Source: Paramecium tetraurelia (taxonomy: Eukaryota). Taken from it: a stretch of 64,000 bases of DNA. The notes under the pieces are model-generated. The model had not been told where the DNA came from. It saw only the letters and a program-made list of their open reading frames with translations, and ran no database searches. The stretch is from assembly GCA_000165425.1 (NCBI GenBank), contig CT868119.1:124001-188000 (forward strand), given 5' to 3'. Within the stretch, counting starts at the first letter, position 1. Each line of letters begins with the position of its first letter. Both the position numbers and the translations under genes were made by a program. Below, piece by piece: positions 40,881-55,949 of the stretch.

Positions 40881-41810
40881 ATGAATTTTAGTTAAGAATA
40901 AAATAAAGAATCAAGCATATTTACAAATCTAAACTTTGTACTCATAGATCAATAAGTAACATCATCCATAATCTTGCCTTTGGAAGGGCAGTGTGCCAAA
41001 CAGGAAAAATGCAATTATGCTCACGGAGAAACTGAATTGAGTCACATAACACAAGAATATTTGATAAAGTGCCTTTTCAATAAACAATGAAGGACAGACT
41101 AATATGACTGTGATTAATAAAATGTCAATATAGGGATAACTTTTGAATCCCTTTTGGAAAACTAAAATCTGCAATTTCTATCTGCAGGGCTAATGCAGAA
41201 ACATTACTGATTGCAATTATGCGCATTTGAAGAGGAGCTAAGAGATACTACTCGTCAAGCATATCAATCAATTTAAAACATCCTTAAATTATAAGATCCG
41301 GTTTATAGATTATAATTACTAAACTATAATGCTTAATTTCAAAAGAACTTGTTGGAACATGCCAAAACAATCTTTGATTAAATTAGGAAAATGGAGTTGA
41401 TACACAAAAACAACAACAATATTCAAGATATGCATGATGAAGCTAAATTATTGATATTTTAAAAAGAAATTGAATAGGCGACATTTAAAATAATCGAAAT
41501 AATGTCATTACCTGATTTAACCTTGGATGAATGAGCGAGAAAAACATTAAGAAATTATAAGTAAAATTAAGGAATCGTTTGAGATCCCTTAAATAAAATT
41601 TCCAATTACTTCTAAAAACCCCCAGAAGATATCGAAAAAAATGAAACAATTAAATGGAGTAAGAATAGGGATAAGGATTACCCATTCCTATGATACCAAA
41701 AATCAAACCATTTCCTAATCACTAGTAGGTTTACTAAGATAGATGCAGAAATCAAAAATTTACATGATAAATGCAACAATTTTTATTCTTATTATATTTA
41801 ATATTGAAAA
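40881..41810 (+). pseudogene. disrupted tandem CCCH zinc-finger gene
   Basis: YKSKLCTH..QCAKQEKCNYAHGETEL and FWKTKICNFYLQGQCRNITDCNYAH; frame breaks after the ATG and at ~41227; TGAs in one frame at 41532, 41580, 41691. Confidence 0.65.
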
Positions 41811-41815
41811 TGGTT

Positions 41816-42655
<840 letters not shown>

Positions 42656-42699
42656 AAATTAATTAATCAAAAGTTTTCAATGTTATGATCACTATATTT

Positions 42700-43640
42700 T
42701 TTATAAAGATTAGAATAATCATCAATTTATTTATTATTATATTTTAACTTTCTAATTTAAGTCTTAAGAAATTCTCTAACACTGTAATAATCCATAATCT
42801 AATTTGATTAATTTGTATCTTGAATCTAAATATCATTAAGCATTATTACAATATAGCTTTCTTTGATTGGCATACTGCTCTACAGTATTTTTAACTTTTG
42901 ATTTTCACACTTGAGTTTTTCTCTTAGATACGAATTTGTTAAATATTGATATCTCAATTTCAACTCTTTATTTTTTAATTTTTACTTTTCTAAAATTAAT
43001 TGTTATATAAAATTTTTCTTCTTCAATTCTTCCAGCTTATTATTCAAATCGAACAGTTGATTTTTAAGAGTTCCATTCTCATAATTTTCAACTACATAAT
43101 GTTGTTCTAAATTTTTGTATTTATTCTTTAATTGTTCTTACTTTTTTTGAATAATATTAAATTTAAGGAATAACATATTCTCTAATCTGCTTTAGGAATC
43201 ATAGGTTGTAGTATGACAATCTGAACTCTCGTCTATTTGTTTTATAAAGTCATCAATGGCATTTAGAAAATTACTCAATTTGTTTGTATCTTCGAATGAA
43301 AATTTCTTTCTTGTGTTTTCTCTCTTTGGTTTAGAGTTAACCAATTTGTTTTTTGGATTTCCAAATGGAGTTTCCCTATTATTGATTTCGAAATTATTAC
43401 AAGTCTACTTCAGAGATATTCTTATTCTTTTTCTTATTGTTAATTGTTTATTTTGATTAATGAAGTGAAACAGAGAATAAATTAGTGAATGTTTTATCAT
43501 TCTTATAATATAAATACATTGTACTTATGAAGATTTATGCATTTACAAGAGGTCAGAATTCAAAGATAGTCTTCGATTACGCTTTCCCAATTCTTGATTA
43601 TTGTAGATGATACTTTACTTGCATAATTGATACTCATGTG
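42700..43640 (-). CDS. coiled-coil hypothetical gene, possibly disrupted
   Basis: Long protein-like frame (KFSFEDTNKLSNFLNAIDDFIK) but start and a frame change near 42960 unresolved. Confidence 0.35.
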
Positions 43641-43717
43641 TAAAAATTTATAAATTAATTACTAAATAGAAGAAATTCGAACCAAAGAATTTTTACTATT
43701 AAGAATATTTAAAATTA

Positions 43718-44811
43718 ATGAAAAAACTAATAATATTCACCGTTTTTGTAGTGCTTGTTTGTGGTTAATAAGATTTAGCAGAAGCATTCACCTAACTATC
43801 CTCGAGTGATCCTGATAGAACGAAACTCAACTGGCCCAATTTATCTCAAGCCATTTCTGATTTATTGTGTGATGTTCAACATGTAAGATAAATCGAGAGT
43901 GACACAAATCAATAGAAATCAGCATTACTTTAAAAAGTAACATTTGAATACATAATCATAGTTAATTATTTTGCATGATAGAACTGGAAGCTAAATAAAA
44001 GTAGATCTGGCAAAACACAAAACAAAACTCAATGATTAATTAACTCCTTATAAAAATGAGTTGGATGAGGCTTTGAGATACAGGGCAGGAATTTTAGATC
44101 AACAAAAATAGGACTTGAAGATAAATGATGCAGATTTCACAAAAATGAAAGAATCAGCAAAATCAGAAATGGATGATGTTAGCATCGCTTTACAATCTGT
44201 GGATTCAGTATAAAAATATTAAATACATTTAGATGAGAAAAACTGTTAAGGAATTATTACAAGGAGGCTCTGGAGGAAACTCATTTGTAGAGATCAAGAC
44301 TTCTTTATAAGAATTCCATACAAAAATAACGTCATTGGCTAAATCTGATTCTCCTCTTTTGACCTTGGCAGGTTCCCTTTAGGAGCTATTGCAACTTGAT
44401 TTCAAGGACAGAAAAGTTTTGAAAGACCTTGAATAATTGTTGGATTAGTTTTGGATGAACACTATTGATTATAGGATTGAATTGATAAGCCAAGCAAATA
44501 GAAATCAATAACTCTACGAAGATAGACGACAAGCTATTTTATAAGACAAGGATACAACGATAGAGCTGTACAATTCAAAAATAGAGGAATATAATACTGT
44601 TTTTGATGAGATATAAAATATCTAGACCTACATCGAAAACAGACAGAAAGACTTAGATGATAGTGCAAATTCTCAAGACTTCTTTAAGAATATTTGGGGT
44701 TTGAATGAGGGGATTACGAGTTCAGTTGATAAATCTTTAATTAGCAAGGCTTCGGCTATTTAAGATGCATTGAAACAAATAGGAAATGGAGTTAGTTTTT
44801 AAGAGAAATGA
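43718..44811 (+). CDS. trichocyst matrix protein-like precursor
   Basis: Signal peptide MKKLIIFTVFVVLVCG, central GGSGGNSFVEIK motif, acidic heptads, tiny introns. Confidence 0.7.
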
Positions 44812-44873
44812 CTTCTAAATACAAATCTTATGAAAATACAAAAATTAAATAAATTTCTTTTTTAAATAAAAAA

Positions 44874-46573
44874 ATGAGTAGTGTTCAATTTGTCAATTCC
44901 AAAGCTGAAGTTCTTCGTAAATATTAGGCCTTGGCAATGAATATAAATGCAGCAGCTGGCTTAATGGAAGTGATGAAATCAAATCTAGGACCAAAAGGAA
45001 CCCTAAAAATGTTAGTGGGAGGTGCTGGATAAATAAAACTTACAAAGGATGGTGCTGTTCTGTTATCAGAAATGCAAATTCAACATCCTACAGCAGCTAT
45101 GATTGCCAGAAGTGCAACTGCTTAGGATGATATAATTGGAGATGGTACAACAAGTAATGTTCTTTTGATTGGCGCATTGATGAAATAAGCAGAAAGATTA
45201 TTAGCTGAGGGAATTCATCCAAGAGTAATTACTGAAGGATTTGAATTGGCTAGAAAGGAAGCTTTATCATTTTTGGACACTTTCAAGTATTAATAAATTG
45301 ATAAGGCTGTATTAATAAATGTGGCTAGAACTTCATTAATTAGTAAATTAACTCCAGACGTTGCTAATCAGTAACTAATATGATAAAATTTTATTTAGAA
45401 TAATTGAAATCGTTGTTGATGCAGTCTAAAATAGTTCAAGTACCAGAGAAGCCAATAGATTTATTTATGGTTGAGATCATGCATATGTAACATAAGATGG
45501 GAGCAGAAACAGAATTGATTAGAGGATTAGTGTTGGATCATGGAGCAAAGACATCCAGATATGCCAAAGTTTGTAAAGAAATGTTATATCTTAAATTTGA
45601 ATGTCTCATTGGAATACGAGAAGACTGAAGTAAATTAAAAATAAATAAATAGGTTCACAGCGGATTCTTCTATAATACAGCTGAAGACAGAGAGAAATTA
45701 GCTAGATCTGAAAGAAAATTGACAGATGACAAATGTCAATAAATTATTGATTTCAAGAGAAAGGTTTGTGAGAAGAATGGCTATGGATTTGCAGTTATCA
45801 ATTAAAAAGGAATTGATCCGGTCTGTTTAGAAATGTTTGCCAAAGAAGGCATTGTCGGTATCAGAAGAGCAAAAAAGAGAAATATGGAAAGAATTGCAAA
45901 GGCCTGTGGTGGTAATTCAGTCAATGCAGTTGAAGATATGTCAGAAAGTGACCTCGGATACTGTGAAGTGGTAATCATCTTACTTTATAGTTAGTTAAGA
46001 GAGTATACCTTAGGAGAAGAGAAATATACATTTATTGAAGGAGTGTAAAATCCTACATCATGCACAATTTTAATTAGAGGACCAAATGAACATACTATTG
46101 CCTAAATCAAGGATGCTATTAGAGATGGATTAAGAGCTGTTAAAAATGCTGTTGAAGATAAGTGTGTTATTCCTGGAGCTGGTGCCTTTGAAATTGCCAC
46201 CAGTGTTCATCTTTAAAAGTTTAAGGATTCTGTTGCTGGAAAGGCTAAATTGGGAGTCTAAGCATTTGCTGAATCATTATTAGTTATTCCAAAAGCCCTT
46301 GCAGAGAATTGTGGATATGATGTTTAAGAAACACTCCTTTTGGTTACTGATGAATTCATTAAAAATAATATTCCTGTTGGTGTCAATGTTAATGAACAAG
46401 GCTTCATTGCTCCCATTGCTAATGGCATTTTCGATAATTATTGTTCTAAAAGATCATGGTTGAACATTGCTCCTACATTGGCTTAATAATTATTATTGGT
46501 TGATGAGGTAAATATTTATATTAATTTATAGATTATGAGAGCAGGAAAGTAAGCAGGTGGTGCTCAATAATGA
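44874..46573 (+). CDS. CCT6: T-complex protein 1 subunit zeta, with two apparent +1 insertions
   Basis: [108 protein letters not shown]. Confidence 0.95.
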
Positions 46574-46616
46574 AAGAATGATATTGTTATGTTAAATTAT
46601 TAAAAAATTAAGTTAA

Positions 46617-47785
46617 TCAATTGCAAATTTATTTAAATGAACATTATTTTGGTTTAGGATTTTAGGAATCTAATTCTTTCTTATAGTTTTCTTCAGCTAC
46701 TGCAGGGTCTGGGTTTGTATGATAGATCCAATAGAGATGACAGAGTACGCTGTTGTCGTTTTCTTGAATTAAGTATAACAACCTTTGTTCCATTTTTACA
46801 AAACTTCTTTAACCATTATAATTTTATAATTCAGCTGTAAAAAAATTTGATTTTCTCGAGATTGCTTCAAACATTTTGCTCCAAATATCCAAATAGGACT
46901 CGAATTTTATGGCGCAGGGTAACATTTGTGTCTAAATTAAATTGCATTCCATCATCTCTCTAGTTATACCCATCAAATGAAGATATTTCACATTGTTTAT
47001 ATATTTCAGAACCTTAGATCCTGCAGAATCATATTTTATTATGTAAGATTCAAATGGAAATTGAGAAGCATATGAGTCAACGTAATTCAAATCATTACAT
47101 GAGCTTATTTAAATATTTCTCTTTTTATGATCAAGCATGAAATTTTTAATGTCTTCTTTACTTTTCTGCAAGTTCATTTTTTCTAATAAATCAAATATAA
47201 CCTCGATGCTCACACATTGCAAATTTCTTGGAAACAGTGTAAATGCCTGCTTATCCTAAAAGTAATCAGTTTGTAAAATTTTATAGCCTACTGTAAAGAT
47301 ATTTGTGCACAGTTCTCCTAAATTGGAGGTTATTTAATAGTCAGTGCTGAATATGATATCAATATCTGTTCTTAAGTATTCCCTTATGCCTAATTCCCGT
47401 GGAATGTTTATAATTATTTAAAATTCCTTTTTTATTGCATAATATTCCTTTTGTTCTTTAAACTTTTGTTTCGCTATTTTAGAACATCTCATTAAACCTA
47501 AGATTTGGGTGTCAACAATATTTTATTTGTTCTTCATATTATTGCACAAATGTATCTAAATTAATATATTTAGAATCAATAAACTTTTATGAATATTTAA
47601 TAACCTTTATGAGATATGTGAGATATTAAGTTTTTTATTAATGACCTATTTTGTAAATTAATTTTCATGAAAAAAGAATCATCATCTGAAATCATGTCAT
47701 TTCTCGATTCTATTTAAACCTAGAAAAATGATATATTTTTTATAATTTCATTATCATTTATTATTGGTTGATATATAATGTCCAT
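46617..47785 (-). CDS. ciliate-type hypothetical protein (possibly PAS-like C-terminal region)
   Basis: ~300-codon uninterrupted frame ending CSFKQICN-TGA; 5' exon structure uncertain. Confidence 0.55.
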
Positions 47786-48031
47786 AAAATGAACACCAAC
47801 TTTAATATTTCAATCAAAAAAAACTTAAAACAATACTGTTTTTTAGTATGAGAAATTGAATACAAATCAACATCTATATTAATTTATAATTTATCCAACT
47901 TTAACCATATTCTAAACAATAATTGAATAGTGTTATTTGTAATAATTTATTATTTATTAATATAATTTAATATTAATATATTTTGTAATAATAATTAATT
48001 TTATAAGACATGTTTAATCATCGAAATAATT

Positions 48032-49762
48032 TCACTTAATATTGTAATTTGAAGTCCCCTTTGCTTTTTTATTCCCTCCAAAGAATCGTTTATTTGATAG
48101 TTTCGCTATTTTTGTTCCAAATTGTATGGCTTTCTTTCCATGCTTTGAGATAACACTAAATAATAAAACAATTATTTACTTTAAACCTTCCTTTTGACAA
48201 ATAATCCTCAAAATTGATTTAGTATCCCCCATAATATACTAAGATGGATGTATATTTTATCTTATGAACTAAACTAATTCAATGTTTAAGAAGGGAAATC
48301 GAAGTTCTTTACCATTCTTACTAACAGCCCGATCATCTCGCCCTAAATTTCTATTCCACAATCTAAATAAATCAAAATTCATTTCTTCAATTAATTCAGC
48401 ATATCCCCTCTTTAAAGCATGTTTATATCGAGCATATCCACAGAAGATTTCATCAGCTCCTAATCCACTGAGAAGTACTCTAGTTTCAACATTATACGAA
48501 CTGGCTATATTCAGTATCATAGCTATATTAAAATCCATATGTGTAATTTTAGGATATAATATCTCTAAAAATAGTTTCTCTTCTTTGTATACATCATCCA
48601 GAGTTTTATCGATAAGAATTAGATTCAATTATTAATTTTGATGCAGATTCTATAATTCTTGGTGAGCATTTTTGGCTGTGATTCTATCAGGAGCATCATT
48701 TGTGAAAGCGACATTAATTAAATCAATTTTTGAGTTATCTGGCAATAATTTGCAAACCATATGAGTTATTAGGCTGCAATCTATACCACCACTAAATAAA
48801 ATACCAATTCTTCCTTGTTATTGGTTCTATATAAGATTTTAACCATTAATAAAGTGATGTTAGAAACCAAATATATTTTAAATAATTTCTTTTGTACTTT
48901 GTATTAAAATGTCATAAATTTTACCAATATTTTATTCTAGATTATTTTAAGGATCAATTTATTAAATTTGATCAAAATTTAAGAAATCAGATATTTAAAT
49001 TTTATTCCATTAAATCTACTCACCGCTCAAATCTATCTCTATGATTGAATTATTGGGCAATTCAATACAAGATTTGTTTATAGCTTAATTAAATTCGTTC
49101 AAGTACTTTTTCATTAAATACTTTTCATCAACTGTCTTTCCATCATCCTCATCATCTTCTTCTTCCTCCATCTCTATTGGGAGATTCTTTTGTAAAGCTT
49201 AGGAAGACAATATAAATCCTTCATTGATGAAACTTAGCAACATAGATCTTTTACCAAATGGATCTTTGGCGATATATATTTTTTATTAGGATAAATCTTG
49301 GAAAATTAAACTGTAATCCCCATTTAATTATTATAGTAGAGTTCTGATATCTTGAATTGATTTGGCCTGTTGTAATCTATTCATGAGAAATGTTGTGTCT
49401 GATTCATCAGGATCTATATTATAGATTTCTCCATTATATTACAATATAAATTATTCTTTTATTAAAGGTTGTTTAATTAAAGTATTTTAATCTCCTCTCA
49501 TGTGTAGTAAACTATGATATAGGAGTTAGTAATAAGGTTATTGAAGTTCGATTTTCCCTTAATAATCTGGTCCTCTCGCATTTAGCATTTGTAGCTTATC
49601 TAAGTCAAGATCAATATTCAAAGGTCTTTAATTTTGAGCTAACAACTCCTCAATTAGTTCTGGTCTTTTAGTAATATAAGGAGAATTCAAATACTCCTAA
49701 TATAAGTTGAAATTGAATTTATGAGGTTTGTTTATTAAAATTAATGCAAATATTCCACACAT
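48032..49762 (-). CDS. ASNSD1: asparagine synthetase domain-containing protein 1
   Basis: MCGIF, RGPD, LLHMRG, YNGEIY, DPFGKRS, LFSGGIDC, IDLINVAF, APDR, LSGLGADEIFCGYARY, RNLGRDDR, KKAIQFG. Confidence 0.92.
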
Positions 49763-50429
49763 TATACGATAAATTAATTATTGATACAAAAAACTATTCT
49801 TAATTATTTTATGTGTAAAACATTCAAGTACTATTTAATGTGTTATCTCGATTATGCTTGATTATAATATAAATTTTCAAATAAATAAATGTTAGTATCG
49901 TAACAAGAAGAATTAATTCTCTTCAATCTTCAAGCCAATAGTAATGTAAAATACAATGATTTTTATTTTGTTCTACCCTAATTTACCTAATACATATTTA
50001 ATATTATAATAATATAATATTAGAATAATTATATAATTCTAATTTAACGATTAACAATTAATTAATAGATTGGAATAAAAATAGAATTCTAAGAAGGCTA
50101 GGGTACCCTTATTCAAACTAATTTGTCTTATATTCAAATCTTGTTTAAGGGAGAATAGTTTCTATAAGCTCAAATTATAAAGCATTACTAGTCTAATTAA
50201 AAAATAAAGAATTTTGAATTAATAGTATAATATTGTAAAAGAGTAGAATGAGGATTTCTTCAATCCTTGAATTTGGTGTTGATAAAATTTTAAACACAAA
50301 AACGACTTTTTGATTTAATTGTAATAACAAAGAGCGAGTATGAGATAACAATCTTTTATAATTTAGGTTGTCTTAATGTGTGTATAAATAAAATTAATAT
50401 AAAAATTCATATTCTTTACTCTTCTTTAT

Positions 50430-51056
50430 TCAATAACTCTAGAGATTTAGTATTATTTGATTTCTCTATTAAACGTGATCACTTGTGGATTTTATATTTG
50501 AGTTATACACATATCCAATAGCCTCCTTTCTTAGAAATCTGTTAGCAATAATTCTAAATAGCTTTAGTTAATCGTTATCAATTAAGTGCTTCTTGATTTG
50601 GTTGATATTTTTTATACTATTTTTTAATTGTGTTAAAATTCTTAGAAATTCAAGGCCTCCCTTTTCACCTAGTTATCTTAATATTTCGACCCTCTATCTA
50701 ATGATGTATTAGGCTATTGCTTTAGCATAATTTTTTTAAATGTTAGTTGACTTTAGCGACATATTAAATTTTGACATTTTACTTTTTGATTTCAGTTTAT
50801 TTGCAACAACAATTGAACTATTATTTTCCTCTTGTTGATTTTCTTATTTTTTCGCTTTGAAAGTGTCTGTAGGTGATTTAGAAACCTCCACCACAGTATT
50901 CTTTTCTTCCTAACTAATTACCTATGGTATAGCTTGATTATGGTAGTAGATCTCCTGTTAACCTACATAACCTTAAACAATAGGCATGTAATAAATAGGA
51001 TAGAAGATCGGTTATTATGCATGAATGTATGTGAAGGGAAATGGTTAATTCCACAT
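50430..51056 (-). CDS. ciliate-type hypothetical protein (Pro/Tyr-rich N-terminus, basic STNIQKNYAKAI domain)
   Basis: 209-codon intronless frame MWNQPFPFTYIHAQQPIFYPIYY...FRIIANRFLRKEAIGYVYNS. Confidence 0.7.
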
Positions 51057-51728
51057 TAGTTTATAATATTTATAAAGGGGATTCCATTTTATTTTATAAA
51101 GACAATTTTCGGTTTATTTCCTTTTGAAAATATAATTGAATTTAATAAAATTGCAGTAATTTATTAAAGTGATCACAACTGAAAAGCCTATTGTAGTTCG
51201 TACTTATCAGTAAGACCTTTAATATCGTGTATAGGTATATCATATCTCACTAGAGAGGTAAGCAAGTATTTTTTGTCATAATTTCTTAAGAAAGTTTTTT
51301 TTCAGAATATATTGACGGTTATATTATTAAGTACAATTTTTCTTAATTTAATGAATTATTTGATTGCTATTAATAAATTAGTATATGAATCTAAAACTTA
51401 ACAGAATATTCTAAATTGCATTTTTGTTCAGTCTTAATATTTTAGATGAAAAATTTTCAATAATCAAAATAAATTAATCTAATTACATTATTTAAATGCA
51501 TATAGAAATAATTAAAAACTCATTATAAGTGATACTATCAAGCCATTTAAATCATAATAGTTGAAATCTAGTGTAGTATGATTAATTTATAATATTGAGT
51601 ATAGTTTAAGTATGTAAGTAAAAATAAGATAAATTTAGAATTTTATAAAGGAGCGTGTATCTAATGATCATAAGTGAAATTAAATTCTTTTCAAAGTATT
51701 AATATTATATATAAAATTTAATATTTAT

Positions 51729-52721
51729 TCAAAAAATTTACCACCATGATTTTTCTGTTTAAGGTCTATTTCTACTAGATGATAACAGACCACAGCATAA
51801 CCCGTTGCTATTTCCAGATGCTTTTACTCCTTCCTATTTTATAACTTATTATTAAATGATCTATGGTCTATGAGAGAATATTTTGTATTAAGTAGGCTTG
51901 ACGTCTTTGAGCATCTTTTAAACTTCCTCCTTCGCGCAATGATGTTTGGATAACTATAGGGCTGTCTTGCCTTTAGTACTTAGTTTATCTTTTGATGCTC
52001 CTCTTGAGAGTAGGAATCGTATAACATCCAAATTTACTCTTAAATCTCTAGGATTTAATTTATCTTTGACTGCACAAAAAAGCATTAATAATGTGTATCC
52101 TTTTTCAGCATTTACTACCGCATCGATATTTGCTCCATTATCAATCAACAATTCAGCTAATTTGAAACATAATTGCTTATTCTCAAAATAATTGGTTTCC
52201 TCCTCCAATCTGCTGAAACAATAAAATAAAGGCACAGATCCCTTTGAATCTGCTTAATTTACATTTGCATCTTATTAAACTAGAAGTTCAGCTATCTCAT
52301 AATATCCATTGCTACAAGCTAATTTTAAAGCTGACAATTCTTATGGTTTGGTAGCCATATTTACTTCTATTGCTTCATTTTGTAAGAGTAACTTAACTAT
52401 TTCCAACTGTCCTGTTGCAACTGCCAAGGCTAAAGGGAATATTTATTTATCTATAAAATCTTCACTAAATTCTTCTAAATAATTTAAATCTCTTAGATGG
52501 ATTTTCATTGATTTTAATTAATCAATGTTACCCTCATAAATGGAGTGTAAAATTAGTTGTTCTATATTGCAAATATTAGTATTTGAAAACCGATATGCTA
52601 AAATAAGTAAGCCTCAATTACTTGACTCTTCTTTCTTGATCTCTATTGTTTGCATGTCTGGAGTAGGATCAGCATTCACTTATGGCAATTCTCCTATTAC
52701 CTAATGAGAATTTGATCTCAT
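51729..52721 (-). CDS. ankyrin-repeat protein
   Basis: FPLALAVATGQLEIVKLLL, SALKLACSNGYYEIAELLV, LLIDNGANID, GKTALQL; one 24-nt intron. Confidence 0.9.
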
Positions 52722-53770
52722 TAATTTAATGTTTTATAATTAATGTGTATGTTAAAAATTAATTCCAGAAGAATAACTCAGACAATTACATCTTCTATGT
52801 AAAATAACAACATTATAACTTCTATTTTTCAGCAGATCTATTTTTATACTTTAAAATTAAATAATTAAATAAGCTTTCCATATACTACTTACTATATTTT
52901 TCTCTTTTCTATAAAAATATCCCAATAGAAGTTGAGGGTTTATGATAAATAATGTAAATTGTGATTTCATTTTATCAAGGTATTAAATTTATAAATAGAA
53001 AATTTAGATCTCTCATTTATCATATATTATCGAATTCATCAATTTTAAGATAAAAGAAAGGTTAATTTAGAGATATTTATAATTACTTAATGTTTTATTA
53101 AAAAAAAAAAGAAAAAATTAAGTAGGAAGGTTAATTGTGGTACATATAACAATGAAATTATAGAATATTGAATTAAGGACGATGGATCTGAATATTAATA
53201 GAGGATGAACAAGCAAAATACTTAGAAATTTAAAAGTACAGCAACTAATTTACACAATCATATTTAAAGATTTATAATTTCTAATATATTCTCTTATTAT
53301 AAATTATATAAAAGTTAAATATTTTGTTTTTATAAAGCATTCTCTAATAAATAGAGAATTTAAGAATATTAAATAACAATGGCGATTAACCATTGTATTC
53401 CTGATGTATTCATAGATATTTTTGTTTACTTTATATCACTATATTAATTATTATGTTAATAATCTTAGTTATTAAAAAATAATTTTTTTGGATATTCTTC
53501 ACCAAATTCTTTAAAAATTAATACATTTTTAGGAATGTTAGAAATATCTTGAAATATTTTTCCGTTTCTATTACAAAGAGTGATCCAAAAGAATAATATT
53601 GTAAGAATGAAATTTATATATCATTAAATGCTTTTGATTATGAAAACTTTATTTTTTTTTCAACAATCATCATTTTCTTCATGTATTTATCAGATGATAG
53701 AATTATCACGTAAAATTTAATTAATAACACAGTTTACGAATGCGATTAAATCATTAAATAATTTTTAGAT

Positions 53771-55263
53771 ATGGATTAATAATAGGGAATTCCTGCAGAA
53801 TAAATCAACTAATTGGTAAATAAGCATTTTGATGATGCTTTACCAAAATTCATAGAGATACTCAAGATTCCAAGTCAATCCAGATTGTTCGACCCAGAAT
53901 ACTTGACAAATGGATTGTTGTAAAAAACAGCATATGAATTCAGAGACTATGTGCTAGCATCAAATCTAAAGAGTATTAGCTATTTATTAACCATAATTAG
54001 ATGCCAAAGTAGAACTTTTAGAGGACGAAGGATATTCTCCATTCCTATTTGTTGAAGTCGACGGATCTGATGGTTAAGCTGATGGTACAATCTTATTCTA
54101 TGGTCATATGGATAAACAACCACCATTCAATGGTTGGAAAGAAGGATTGGGTGCCTATGAACCAAAAATAGTGGATGATAAATTATATGCTAGAGGAGGA
54201 GCAGATGATCATTATTCAATCCTTGGAGCTGTCATAGCCGTCAGAACAATCTAAGAATTGGGCTTGAAACATCCAAGAATCGTCATGACCTTCGAAGCTG
54301 ATGAAGAAAGTGGATCTGTACACATTGATCATTACTTGGCAAAATTGAAAGAAAGAATAGGAGCAGTTGATTTGGTTGTCTGCTTAGATTCTGGATGTGG
54401 TAACTATGAATAATTATGGATTACTACAAGTTTGAGAGGTATGGTAGGTGCATGTGTCACTGTTCAAGTTTTAGATGAAGGAGTTCATTCAGGTGATGCA
54501 TCAGGTGTCGTACCATCATCATTTAGAATTTAAAGACTCCTCTTAGATAGAATTGATAATCCTAATACTGGAGAAGTCATTGATGAATTCCAAGTCAATA
54601 TTCCAGGAGAAAGATATTTACAAGCTTAAAAGGCAGCCGAAGTATTAGGCAAGACCACTTTATCCAAATTCCCATTCCATGGCACAACTCAACCAACTAC
54701 TTAGGATTATTTCAAAGCATATTTGAATAGAATCTGGAAAGCATAACTCTCAGTTGTAGGAGCTGATGGATTACCTCATGCCAAAACAGCAGGAAATGTA
54801 CTCAGACCTGAAACTACATTGAAATATTCATTAAGATTGCCACCAACTAAGGATCCAAAGGAGGCAGAAGCTGCATTTGTCAAACTTGTAATTCTTATCA
54901 CTTAATATTTCATAGTTAACTACTAATGTTCCATATAATGCTACAGTCAAAATCACTGGATTGGGATCTGGCTCAGGATTCAATGCCCCATTAAATTAAC
55001 CATATCTTGATGAACTCATCTAAAATGCTTCCTAATTGTACTACAAGAAGGATGTATAAACCTTAGGTGAAGGAGGTTCAATTCCACTTATGAATACTCT
55101 TAAGGAATAATATCCAAAAGCCTAATTTATAGTGACTGGAGTTTTGGGACCAAATTCAAATGCTCACGGACCAAATGAGTTCTTGCATATTCCTTTTACC
55201 AAAAACTTGATTAGTTGCATTACCTACATCGTAACTGGTCTCCAAGTCCATTTAAAGAAATGA
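53771..55263 (+). CDS. M20 family metallopeptidase (dipeptidase/DapE-like)
   Basis: YGHMDKQPP, LYARGGADD, EADEESGS, CLDSGCGNYEQLWITTSLRG, GVHSGDASG, GEGGSIP, NAHGPNE; two tiny introns. Confidence 0.93.
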
Positions 55264-55949
55264 TATATAATCAAGACATATAATAATAGGAAAATTATTT
55301 AAATAGGATTCACATTAGATCTAATGTTGTTTTAAACTTTCTTTGCTTAGTCTTTATAATAATTTCCCAGATAATTAACAAATATTTTCTGTTTATATTA
55401 TTATAGAAAAATTCATGGAAAATTTAAAATCATGGATATGACTCAAGAAACAATGATTATCTTTAAGGTGTTAATGAGGAATGGTTTGATTACAGATTAT
55501 TAAAGTAATTTAAAGTGATGAATTGCAATTACTTTTGCAAAAATTATCAAAATTTAAACCATTAGTTAAATTAAAGGAGATTAAATTCATAGATTACAAT
55601 TATTATATATATTCCCAATCTTCCAAAGAATTTTAACTTAAAACTCTTTATACTATATTAATGGTTTTCTTAAGATGCGGCAAATCAAAGAAGAAGTGAT
55701 CAACTGAATATGATAACTTAATCTAAAATACTAATTATAAATAATTAGATAATTCATATTAAAGATTTTATTATAATAATTGAATAAATAAAGAATTAAA
55801 CATACAATTAAAAAATGGTTAAGGAAGATAATAAAATATATTGATAAAATCAATCAAGTCTATAAAAATGATATGTTATATAATTATTTACTTTTTTTGA
55901 GTAAAAGTTGAATTAATATTATGTAAATATAATTATAATAATATAACCT

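Noticed and set aside
41532..41693. Three TGA codons in one frame as possible selenocysteine or readthrough sites
   Set aside because: They come with frameshifts in the same gene, are not in redox motifs, and no SECIS-like hairpin was evident; decay or a natural first stop is simpler
45427..45434. AAA-TAG resembling the Euplotes +1 frameshift signal in CCT6
   Set aside because: The motif is not in the incoming reading frame, TAG is a sense codon here, and the second site has no such motif
49889..50251. ~120-codon ATG-to-TGA frame on the + strand
   Set aside because: Extremely AT-rich with no recognisable motif; with one stop codon such frames arise by chance
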